From Catajapyx aquilonaris (taxonomy: Eukaryota), in NCBI GenBank assembly GCA_000934665.2, contig KZ537982.1, forward strand, positions 1 to 64,000: DNA of 64,000 nucleotides. Direction: 5' to 3'. The notes beneath the pieces are model-generated. The model worked only from the letters and a program-made list of their open reading frames with translations, searched no databases and was not told the DNA's origin. The position numbers and the translations under genes are program-made. Positions 39,901-50,727 of this stretch are shown in pieces (the stretch's first letter is position 1; each line of letters begins with the position of its first letter).

Positions 39901-42616
39901 GCAGGTATCGAACAGGGTGCCTATGACTTGCTGGCACAAATGTTACACCTGCCAAAAACACAGAATTTCAAATACGTGTATTAGTTCTTCAGCCCAAACA
40001 GACTAAATCCATGATGAATGCCGTAACAAATACTCACATAGCTGCCGCTCCATGGCGCGTGGAAGAGGGACAGACAGGTACATGAAGGGCTCATAGGTGA
40101 CAGATACATGTCGGCAAGCAGAGCAGACGACAGTGCTCTTGAACTGTCCCTGGAAAGTCTCCACTACAATGCTCTTGTTGAGTGCCACATGCTCTGCCCA
40201 GTGCCTGTCGGCCTCCACCTTCTCCTTCAGTGCCGCTGCATCCTCTTCTGTGAACATCACTCCTTCACCACCAACTGCACCCCCTTCCCCCTCACTGCCC
40301 ATCAGACGAGCCCTCTTATTGTTGCACCCTCTTTCAGCCTCAGCCACTGCAACCAAATTAGTGTCCTTGATCCGTTTTGTGCCAGATGCCTCCACCTTCC
40401 CCGATGATTCTTCCTCTGGTACAAAGCCAAATGCACCCAGGTTGAGGTTTTCAACAGCGTCTCTAGGTCGTGCCACTTCCAAGCGAGGAAACTTTTCTGA
40501 GTCAAACACCAATTCGTTGTTTGCTGGCTGTTCCTGTCCAGGGGAAGCCAGCACATTCACATTGGATGTCTTTGCATCTTTGAAAATGTCTTCAAGCCCC
40601 TTGATTGCTGGTGGGTTACTGGAAGAAGCACTGCTCCCAAGAGCAGCCAGGAGCTCGTTCTTCTCCAGTCCCACTGATGGAGGTGGAGGACTCTTGTCAA
40701 GATCTGAGTCATCTCCCAGCATCATCAAGGTGGAAGCTGGCTCACAGGAGGAAGAGGTACGCATGTCCTCTGGGATGGGGTGCATGCGGTATGGAGCATT
40801 GCTACCAGACGCATGTGAGTCTGAGCTACTGTGTGGAGACGATGCTTGGCTGGACCTAGAGAACAGTAGTGAGTGTATGTCAATGACAAATCTGTTGACT
40901 ATGTATAACTGATTATTCACAAGAGAGTCCTTATTAAAAAACACCAGACATGGTTTTGCAGAAGAAGAAAGCGCCTACTGCAATTCAGTGTCTACTCTGG
41001 TTCATTTGGCCTGTAACTCACCTTGAGCTCTCTGAGAGCGTGGCAACTTGCACGGTCCCAGAAACCATCTTCTCTCCTTCATCCTTCTCATCCTCCTCAT
41101 CCTCATCCACTAGAGGAGGAAGACCCTCGTCACCATTTTCTCCTCCACCCCCCATATCCCCTTCACTGCTGCAGCATCCTCCCGTCTCTTTCTTCCCTCC
41201 TGCAGCATTCAGCTGCTCATGTAATGTGTCAAGCAATAGTGCTATGAACTCCTGGCAATCATGCTGCCGGTAGTCCTTGAACTGTGGGTGAATGGCCCCC
41301 AGCACTCGTTTGAACTCATTTGGCTGCAGCACCCCAAAGTGGCCTGACCACACACGACGCAACAGAAGAGCAAACTGGGTGGTCAGATTCTCTGTGGCTT
41401 CCTCCAGCTCAGGGGGAAGAGGACGATCAAGGAAGTATTCTGCTAGGGAGGGCGTGCTCAACAAACACTGAAGGCCTGCAGCCATGAAGCACGTGTTGCC
41501 TAGATTGCGTATGCCTAGAAAGAAGAATGCCAAGTTGTACATACTTATGTCAAGAATTGACAGGTATTTTGGCATAATTTACGCTAACATTAATAATTAC
41601 CCTGCTAGGGGATTCTGATAACAGAAGAACAATGGAGGCCCCTAAGAAAAGCCATGCAAACACACATAGGACTTGTTAAATACATTGAAAAATCCTCTGC
41701 CTTATCCAGGGATCAAACTCGGTACCCAGAAGTAGCACAATCATGTCCAAAATCACTACGCCACTGAGCCATCCTTCCATAATTGATGGCATTAATGTAA
41801 CGGGTGTAAGATATGATAAATGATGGGGTGACCATGAGTGCGGTGTAATGCCACAAGGTTAGACAGCTCCCTTTCACATCCATATAAATCCAGTGATGGC
41901 ATGCAGTGATGTTTCATAAACAAGCCTATGGAGGCAATGTACATACCGCACACGCCAGGTTTGATGGCAAGTGGGTCCTTCGTCATGAGCTCTCCAGCTT
42001 CATGAACAGGACTGTTGAAAGGGGCTGAATCCCCTCCTCCAACCACCAACTGACTCTCCAGGCAGGGCATCTCATCATAGACTCCTCCATCTGAGTGAGC
42101 CAATGGCAAAGGATATTCCAACATGGGCGGAGAGTGGAAAGACATCTCCTGGTCATTGTCTGCCCCCACACCAGTCCATGTGTTGGCCACTCCCATTTCT
42201 CCCTCTGATTCCAAATCCTCTGGGGCAGACCTGTCTGCAGCCTGGACCTCCAAGCTTGGAGGACCCCCCTCCCCTTCCCCTTCCTCTTCCTCGTCCAAGT
42301 CCTCTGCCTGGGTCTCGATGCTAGGGGGACCTTGGTCCTCTGCCTCCAATGCAGGGGGAGAGCCACTGGGCGAGTTGAAAGATGCAAGGGAGTATGAAGC
42401 CACCAAAATGGGAGGACCTGCGTAGAGGTAATACAAAATTAGTGAAAAGTCAGGTTATACCTTGATTTCATATAAAGTTTTAGTGTAATAATTTTATCCT
42501 GCAAGCAAGAAACTATACTCACCAAGGAGAAATGAATGTGAACCCTCAATATCGTCACTTTCTTGCTCGTCAGTAGAGGACCCAAGTTGGGAAGGCAAAG
42601 TCTCGTCACTATCCAT
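37000..42616 (-). CDS. Ubiquitin carboxyl-terminal hydrolase (USP/peptidase C19, USP4/15/19/32-like split domain) with internal RING-like finger; 9 exons, about 1223 aa
   Basis: Exons 42616-42523, 42417-41947, 41514-41022, 40855-40038, 39948-39776, 39282-38693, 38561-37867, 37415-37272 and 37193-37000 are all GT-AG and in phase (3672 nt). Motifs: Cys box GIRNLGNTCFMAAGLQCL, QHDCQEF, FQGQFKSTVVC..YLSVPLP, WYCPMC..LKRF, YDLYACVCHYGG, His box GHYTSY, WHSFNDD, AYILFY. Confidence 0.95.
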
Positions 42617-42769
42617 TAAAGCCACTCTGGATCTGAAAGAAAAGAATCCTCTTACTGTGTGTCTGGCTTTTAGAAAGAGGTCAAAAAACAACGGTATACA
42701 TGACACATATATCAGGGAACAGTGCTATGTAATAGGACATCTGAATATGCTAATCATACAAAGGTATTA

Positions 42770-42989
42770 AGGTGCATTCACATATCCGCGATTCCGTGCC
42801 CAGCGACCGATTCTGTGCCCCGTCGATCCACGACGCGGTGCCCCCAGCGACGGAGTTCCCGTCCGGTAGATGCTGTCACAATGTCGTGCCCCAAAGAGCT
42901 CTGCTACCGGGCCTCCAGCAGCTGGTCGACACCATGGCCGCGATGTCGCTCGGGCACGGAGTCGCAGTCGCCGATATGTGAATGCACCT
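42770..42989. mobile_element. PIF/Harbinger-type MITE with TTA TSD
   Basis: tta|aggtgcattcacatatc...gatatgtgaatgcacct|tta. The inner arms gcgattccgtgcccagcgac and gtcgctcgggcacggagtcgc also pair. It is a GC-rich insert in an AT-rich intron. Confidence 0.85.
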
Positions 42990-43146
42990 TTATGCATCAC
43001 GCAGTTCCATTTTCAGGATTCATGAGAACAATGCACCCACCCTAGCTTGATTTTTGCTCTAATGGACATATGTAACTTGTTAATGATTTCAGTTTAAATA
43101 CTAGGCCTACACTTTTGCAGCATAACACTTCTCCGCAATTCAGGGC

Positions 43147-43427
43147 TTATCAGTGGGGCTTAATGTTGGCCTATTTCTGCTGCTAAGGCTAAACACTGGC
43201 GCCAGGGGGTGGTCCTCCTCCTGGAAATTTGGCCACTGTGGGGATCTTTAATGTGCACTCGCGCAATGTCACAAGCACACGGGACCGACGGCTTTACTTC
43301 CCCTCCGAAGGAAGGCACACACTCAGTTTTCTACCACCCGGAGAAAAGTCACCGACCTCGGCCAGGTTCGAACCCACAACTTTGGGTCTAGAAGCGAGCG
43401 TGCTAACCACCAGACCACCAGCGCCAG
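43147..43427 (-). mobile_element. tRNA-derived SINE family B with Deu/Nin-like core and 14-bp TSD
   Basis: On the minus strand, A-box tggtctggtgg and B-box ggttcgaacc. Core gggatctttaatgtgca..cacacggg..ggctttacttcccctccgaagga. TSD ccgcaattcagggc at 43133-43146 and 43428-43441. Confidence 0.85.
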
Positions 43428-44033
43428 CCGCAATTCAGGGCGGCAACTACATGGCCCGAGTAATAACTGCAGTGAAGAAAGGTATGCTTACACTCACTCT
43501 GCTTCATTCCTGTCATCTAAAATCAGCAGTATTTGTCGTGACATTACGCATGCCCTGTCATCTTGGCCTCAAAGCCCTCTCTCAGTAACTATTCCCTGGA
43601 GCTGCAGTTTGTTTTAATACGTATGCTGTTGAGTACAACTAGGCCATTATTTTTTGAAAACCTACTTTTTTGCAAACTTACTTGAAAGAAAAATTGACAA
43701 CTTTTGTGGTTCCTAGAATATCACGTAATTTCTCCACCAAAGCTAAAACATTGTTTTCACAGCTGCACTGCTGCAGCAGATTGCATCCCTAAAAAAGGGG
43801 TGAATGTATTTTTAAAGATTGAATTACGCAACACATTTGTGGTTAAATTCTGATGGCATTTGTCAGAAATGCCGGCAAGTCAATGTACTGTGGTGGAAGA
43901 AGCAAGAATGCTTGCAATTTCCTTCTAGCGATCATGAGTACAACACTGCTACGGTTTCCCAGCTCCGGAAATCCAAAAGGCATAACACAAGCGAAAACAT
44001 ATTGCTGCGTTCAGGGTGCGGCCTGATGTTAGG

Positions 44034-44105
44034 TACAGGGTGACCATCATGTCCCATTCTGTAGGATGAAACAACTATAGATTGGGACTTGATGGTCACC
44101 CTGTA
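44034..44105. mobile_element. 72-bp mini-MITE with 16-bp TIR
   Basis: tacagggtgaccatca...tgatggtcaccctgta. Confidence 0.7.
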
Positions 44106-44237
44106 TGTTTACCCTGTATGCATCCATGACTGCTCTAGTTACCTCCCATCACCACATGCAACTTTAAAAATGCACATGTTTTGTACTTTATTATTGATAT
44201 TAAGGAGGTTGGCCCAGTATTGCCTTTCAACCTCCAA

Positions 44238-44415
44238 GGATAGGGAAGGAAGGAAGCGGCTGTGGCCTATTATACGGAAGCAACCCCGGAATTATCCTAG
44301 AAAGACCGTGGAAAACCACAGAAAACCACGGTCAGGGTTGCCGGCCCCGGGATTCGAACCCAGGACCTCCTGATTAGCAGTCGGACGCCCTATCCACTAT
44401 GCCAACCTGCTTCGG
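44238..44415 (-). mobile_element. SINE family A, partial copy (5' part)
   Basis: Reverse complement of 11163-11340 (gatagggaaggaaggaagcggctgtggcct...aacctgcttcgg); the tail is missing. Confidence 0.88.
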
Positions 44416-45144
44416 TTACCTGTTTTGTACTGGAGCACCAAACTTAAGTACCATAACCACAACAATACATGCCTTCAGTCGCAATCAAAATTTTACTCTT
44501 GCCAGAATTCCCTATTTGTAGGTGACTCAATTACTGAGCACAAAGTTGTGGCTAATGCTGTAATGTTCTTTGATAAGTAGTTCCAAACAAGGCATGTTCC
44601 TGGTGCCCATTTATCACACCCCACAATGAAAGTTTTCAGTCACATGCAATCAACGCGAATAATACCAGCCCTCCTCTACCAAACTGAAAACACATTCTCA
44701 AACAGCTACCACCCTAATCTACTTTACTCCTCCACTTGCCTGCTCACAATCATATCAGTATAAAAAACTGTATCGAGTGGATCACTGTGTTCTGCACAAA
44801 TATTCGATAATCTATACATATCCACTATACTGGACAATACTTCACTGAAAAATTTTTTACGAGGTAACACAAGTCTTTTCCAGTTTACATATTATGCTTT
44901 CAGAATGTGGCATCCACAGCCACATTTTTGCTCACCATGACATCCATTTTTTGCCCCACTTCCAGGTCAGTAAATTTGTGAAACTGCCTCCAATGAAGTA
45001 TTAATTTTTCCATATTGCTCACTGAAGGGCTTTTTTTGACAATTTCTGCACTACACAGGTTCATCTGCTCTATCAGCCAAAAATTCATGGGAAATCCTCT
45101 TTTGCTGCCAAGACTGCAATGTTTTCCTGCAGTAGGCAAGTTTC

Positions 45145-45146
<2 letters not shown>

Positions 45147-45205
<59 letters not shown>

Positions 45206-45481
45206 TCTTACCCCGTTATCAGCCTTTTTCGGCTCATTAGGGGGCATTTTTGTTTTGGCTGGAACTCTTGCTTACATGTTTACTTTTTGCTTTTTGGGAT
45301 AGGATAGGGAAGGAAGGAGGCGGCTGTGGCCTTTTTAATTAGGAAGCAACCCCAGAATTCTCCTGGAGGGACCGTGGGAAACCACAGAAAACCACGGTTA
45401 GAGTTGCCGGCCCCGGGGCTCGAACCCAGGACCTCCCGATTAGCAGACGGACCCTATAGCCACTCCACCTAACTGCTTCGG
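45147..45481 (-). mobile_element. SINE family A, full length with long (AAT)n tail and 15-bp TSD
   Basis: Homologous to the 11163 copy. TSD caagtttctataata at 45137-45151 and 45483-45497. Confidence 0.92.
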
Positions 45482-46859
45482 TCAAGTTTCTATAATATCC
45501 AGGGTCTGCTAAAGGCACCAACAATACGACACTCATTGGTCACCTTAACTTTACCTGTGCATGTGCCCAGACCTGGCGTCACACCAGTATCTCATCCTTA
45601 AAATTATGATTCACTAACAATGTTGATTCATGTCCTGAAATGTTGTTATTGTTTCAATTTGGCAAGAAGTGCGCTATAATATCACTACAAATGATGATTT
45701 CACTGTTTGGAACTGGTAATTTGTGTTTATGAATCAGGAACTAAAATCACATGTCACAAGGAATTAGGAGCCAGGTCATTATCTCTAACAGTCAAATGAA
45801 ACATGAAATGCTCTCTACCCTGCCATGTTCCCAGCTACCCTGCACGCTTATCTTATGCCTTCAGGGGAAGCACTGTTTATTGCCACACTAAAGATGTGTG
45901 GTTCTGAAGGCTCAGCATATGATGGGGAGTACATATCTCATTACAGTTGAAAAAGCCTTACTTAATTGACCTTTAAAAAACCGTTTTACAAAGTCAAAAA
46001 AAAGAGCAGAGCAATGGAAATGAGATCATTCATCCAGGTAAATATTTCATTTCATTACATGAAATATTTACATAGATGAATGATTCATATATAATATTAA
46101 TTAAAAACGCATTAAAAATGGTACAGCAAAGTTATGGACCACAACACGATAAATACCAGCATGAAAAGAACATCAGCTTATAGTACATCTCTCTGATATT
46201 GGACAAATATAATGTGTACGTCTTTTTTTTAAGATTGTGAACAAAACTTACTGCCAAAGTGTACAATGGGAGCAAACCAGAGGCACACAACAGTAATCCA
46301 TCCTGTGAAAATGTATCCATCACAACAAAAATTGAAAATTTCAACTTCACATTGTCACGTTTCTATGGAATTGTCGCAAGAGGAGACTAATCCATCAACT
46401 TCCCCCATCTCCCTGCTAGATATCATCAACTCAAGCAGAGGCAAATCCCAAGTCCACTGACACTTGTCTATTACAATAGTTTTTTTTGTTGCAGCAGCAG
46501 ATGTTCAATACATGTCTGTTATATATTATAGAAATATGTTCAGTTTGGTCGTTTTTAGCAGCATGGACAGTGTCCAACTCATTACGTTACTTATACAATA
46601 AATATGGAATTGAGTAGGGAAAGCTGGGAGTGAGAGGGGACACTGTGTTAACAATATTCAAGCAGAAGATCCTCAGCATTAGCATATTGTAGTGCTCTGC
46701 ATTCACTGCATCAACGAGCCATTAGGTCTCATCCCATCCAGTGAAGTCACTACACTATTCCTTAAACTCCATAGATGACCTCAGGATCACCCTGTGCACG
46801 TAAAACTTCATTGCGCCTACTATTGTAAGGCTCAGAACCACTGCCTATCGCTTAGGCCG

Positions 46860-47140
46860 CGCAACTCCCTCCCCCTATGCGTGAGCTTAGCTGCGCACAG
46901 ACTTGGGGCTGCTGTCCCTCCACAGAGCACTACTTCAGGCCTCGTTTAGGTGGCTGGCTCTGGAAATTACTAAACTGACCCAGCTGGATTGGAAAGGATG
47001 GTTTAGGTTGGTGCAGAAAAGTGTCCTCCCTAAAGTAGTGTTCTGTGGACCGACGCCAGCGTCAAATAGAACATTCTACCGTGGGGGGGGAGCACAACTA
47101 AGCTCATGGCCTTCACTGTATGGCTAGGTAGGGAGTTGCG
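46860..47140. mobile_element. Degenerate TIR element (MITE-like)
   Basis: cgcaactccct...tgagcttagctgcgc at the left pairs with gcacaactaagctca...agggagttgcg at the right. Confidence 0.5.
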
Positions 47141-48160
47141 GGGGGCTGCTCAGAACAGTACTACAAACTACAGGCTCTATACACCAAGAATGCAGCACAA
47201 ATTTGGTCATTACCATGGTAACTTATTTCGACTCTACCATTCTACAAAGCCACATCTGCACATTCTGATAAGGTCGTTTGGGCCATACAACTCGAATGAA
47301 ACACCTGATCACTACATGCATATGCAGCGTTTTTCAGCAGGCCTACTGAATTCTTTTTATGTTGTAACCAGACACCAGGAATTTATCTAACGAGAGATAA
47401 AAGGATCCTGCACTCTTGGAAGCAGATGGCGACCAGGTTGGATGGGTGGAGAAATCTCTCTACCATCCCGCCAACCTGGTAAGAGCAGGGTTTCTCACCT
47501 TTTCACTCTTAGGGAACCCTTGAAATCATTCATGAAGTCTCAGGGTACCCCTACATAAAAATTGAGGCGAGCAGAGGAAGAACAGCATATCCCAACCTGA
47601 GTTCATTTCGAGAAAAGTAGCTTTCTGTGTTTCGCTTGATCATGCAGCTAAAGCTATGGACAAATTTTACAAGTGGAATATGCGAGCTTTGACATGCCCC
47701 AATTCATTTGGTACTTCAGTACATGAAAGGTAGATGGAAGGAGAGTACAACAGCACTAAAATCTCAAAATTGGAGCTCGGTTTGGATATGCCGTTCTTCC
47801 TCTGAGAGCCTCAATTATTATACATCACTTAATGACTCAAAAATGCATTTATGTATAATTAGCCTTTTATCACTATTTCTTGCAGAACCCCTGGCAATTG
47901 TTCGTGGAACCCTGTGGTCGAGCATAGAACTCTGCGTTTTCCACATCCACACGAGCAATATCCATGTACGATCATATCCGGGAACTCTGTACATGGCAGA
48001 CGGAAGCCTAAGTACAGATTAGTTTTGCTAACATTGTTGGATCCTATCAGCCAGGACGCGCCAGGACGGTACTTCCCTGGCTTCTGGTTCCAACAGTACG
48101 GAACAACGGCCAAACTTCCACCGGAATCCCAACGCAGATCCCCAGTAGTTGCGTACTCAC

Positions 48161-48690
48161 ACAAGCTCATGATTACGGCAGGGGCCTTTTTCCACAGGGG
48201 GAGTGAGCAGACCGAGTGAACCATATGATCCAAGCAGCCTACAAAAGCACAGCAGCATGAACCACAAAAGAGAGAAGTTCTGTTCCTTCCTTCCCTTTCC
48301 CCCTCCTCCTCCTCCCCTCCACTCTCTCTCCCTCTTCCCTCCCCACTCCAAAAAAAGAAGGAAGATTCCGTCTCCATAGTCTTCTCTCTTCCCCCGCCCG
48401 CCATCCCGAAACTAACCATCCGGCAGGTGCAGCTTTCCAGCCTTTTTTCCTCCTGGGGTTCCTCACCACTCCATAGCTCAACGTCCCGAGGGAGGGAATC
48501 CGATGCAGATTGCAGAAGCGAAAAACTCGGCACAGGGAAGGGACCCACAGCTAAAAGAGCAGCCAGCGGCGTCCAACGTTCCGGTTTCGGACACTCAAGG
48601 CGCCGGCGCTGGGCGGTCACACAGCATCTCTTTTGATGGAAGCGCGCGCATGTCCATGGCAGCGGCCATCTTGGAGCTCCTGGCCAATCA
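48161..48690 (-). other. Putative 5'-UTR exons of the USP gene (about 48690-48417 and 48238-48161)
   Basis: Donors gttagt at 48416 and gtgagt at 48160, acceptor ttttgtag at 48239. A matching acceptor precedes the USP ATG exon at 42632. The region lies just downstream of a CpG-rich promoter-like segment. Confidence 0.5.
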
Positions 48691-48830
48691 CCGACTGGGG
48701 TTTGCGTCACGTGACGGGATCGAGCACCGGTTCTTTGGTGGAGAGGGGGGGGAGGCTTGGAGGTGGGGATGAGGATGGGGCAAGTCGGTGGGGGATTTCA
48801 GGCGGAGGCGGCGTGACATGGTTGATGATG
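48640..48830 (-). promoter_or_regulatory. CpG-rich promoter with CLEAR/E-box palindrome, CCAAT and YY1-like motifs
   Basis: gtcacgtgac at 48706-48715, ccaatca at about 48684, and CAAGATGGCCGC on the minus strand at 48662-48673. Confidence 0.55.
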
Positions 48831-49246
48831 GGAAAGTAGAGGGAGATTTCAACTTGCATCGTGGGAATCTATTGCATAAAAAAAGGGAGAGTTGGCGCAG
48901 GTGGAATCCTAATTATCTGCAACACGATCTGCAAATTGAGTGTCTTTATTTCATGTGCATATCTTTGGTATCATGAATATCACTCTCATTCTTTCGCCCA
49001 AAACACTGCAGTTCAGCTTCAATGATTTATCATTGTTTAAACATTAAAATAATATCTGGCGATAGGGTTAGCAATGTGGTTTTAGTGCTTCGGGGGCTTT
49101 TTGGGTTACGTGTTTAAATGTTGCAGGGTGTACACCAGAGAGCATAAAGTTGTAGGCGGCAGGCCCTCACCTTCGGTAGGGTGCTCTGCCAATCTCAGCT
49201 TTTATTGAATCGAATATCATCATCATCAACATCATCATCACGACAT

Positions 49247-49522
49247 AATAATAATAATAATAATTCATACCCCGTTATCAGCCATCGGCTCTTTAGGGGG
49301 GAAGTTTGTTTTGCCTGGAACTCATTGCTTTCATTTTACTGTGCTCTTTGGGATAGGATAGGGACGGAAGGAAGCGGCTGTGGCCTATTAATTACGGAAG
49401 CAACTCCAGAATTTTCCTGGAAGGACCGTGGGAAACCACAGGAAACCACGGTCAGAGTTGCCGGCCCCGGGACCTCCCGATTAGCAGTCGGACGCCTTAT
49501 CCACCATGCCAACCTGCTTCGG
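49247..49522 (-). mobile_element. SINE family A, near full length with 14-bp TSD
   Basis: Homologous to the 11163 copy with a small deletion in the B-box. TSD catcatcacgacat at 49233-49246 and 49525-49538. Confidence 0.9.
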
Positions 49523-49795
49523 TACATCATCACGACATTTCCCTATGAGGGGTAGTCAGCGATGAAGAGAGAAGCAAGCTAACAACATATGAACTAATAA
49601 TTAAAACTCGTAAAAATAAACCTAAAAACAACCCGCAACTATCATCGCAACTGTTGAACTGTATCGAATATACTGATTATTAATACACGAACACACGCCT
49701 GAAGCAGCTAACTCGGTCCACAAAGAGTCAATTAATTTGAGTCGGATAAAGGAAGGTCAGAGAAGGCCCGCAACGTCTCTAACTTTATGCTTGCA

Positions 49796-49921
49796 GGTGT
49801 ACATGGCTGGACATACAGAAATTTTCCAGCATGAGCGGCACAAGAGGAGATTGCAACTTGCGCTGCTCATGCTGGAGAATTTCCAAGGGATTGCTATTAT
49901 GTCCAGCCATGCATGTGCACC
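49796..49921. repeat. Imperfect foldback (MITE-like hairpin)
   Basis: catggctggacata pairs with tatgtccagccatg, and gaaattttccagcatgagcggcacaag pairs with cttgcgctgctcatgctggagaatttc. Confidence 0.7.
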
Positions 49922-49979
49922 CCAGTAGGGTAACTGAACACTATATGGTGATGGCTTAGTATTATGCTTAGTGGTTTTT

Positions 49980-50273
49980 ATCCCCCGTCACCTCTGCTTG
50001 GTCAGGTCTTTTTCCACTTTTCACCGGATATGTCCAGGCAGATTCGCATTCACTCCTCTGCCCAGGGCCAAGAGAAAAGGTCTGGTATTTAAGAGGGTCT
50101 GAAAAGACTAAAAAACTATAACATCGTCCTCCTGGGAATATACCCTCCCCCAACGCCTGCACTGGACCAGGGCGTTGCAGAAGAACAATGGATGTATTGT
50201 ATGTATACGATTAAATAAAGGTCCGTGTAAGGAGGACAGCACTACCCATTATTATTGTTATTATTATTATATT
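49980..50273 (+). mobile_element. SINE family C, older copy with ATT tail
   Basis: Matches the reverse complement of 59940-60230 (ccccgtcacctctgcttgg..gcccagggcc..gagaaaaggtctggtatt..agcactaccca) and ends in attattattgttattatt. Confidence 0.8.
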
Positions 50274-50727
50274 ACTATAGTGGTTGTTATCAGATTTCTC
50301 ATGTTTTTTATTATGCTGGACTGTTCAGCTTGAGGGAGGCAAGGAGGCAAGGAGGCTTGAGGGAGGTAACATTCGCACCAATGGATGGAAGAGTGCTGGA
50401 TTCAATCCCAACCTTGGACTTTCCCCACTTCATCTTGTACAGAGTTGGGTCATCTCGGGCTTCGTCTTGGGTGGAATCTCCAGTAGACTAATGCACCCCG
50501 AGGAACTCACAAAATGACCATAGATCAGACATTGCACTTGCACCTCCCCTCCCAGTCACCCTGCTTGCAGACACTGGCACTTTGCAAAAAAGTTCCATGT
50601 ATACTGCGGCACAATAAAGGTTTGTGCTACATACCTCGCAAACTGTTGTGCACTGATAAAGTTTTTGCACCATAAGATTGATGACATGTGTTTCAGTTTG
50701 CTGACTTCAGAAACATTGCATCAAGAC

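Noticed and set aside
40097..40912. 271-aa plus-strand ORF (also 38846-39388 and 42123-42425)
   Set aside because: Antisense shadows of USP exons: Ser-rich mirror translations with no motifs.
44900..45307. Poly-Tyr/Ile/Asn/Leu ORFs (also 53495-53807 and 59779-59998)
   Set aside because: Translations of (AAT)n retroposon tails.
47487..47925. Possible hAT-type MITE starting cagggtttctca
   Set aside because: Right terminus and 8-bp TSD not identifiable, so too degraded to call.
47859..48710. 283-aa minus-strand ORF
   Set aside because: Non-ATG start, and it runs through a CpG-rich promoter, purine-rich intron-like sequence and splice sites. Better explained as the USP 5' leader.
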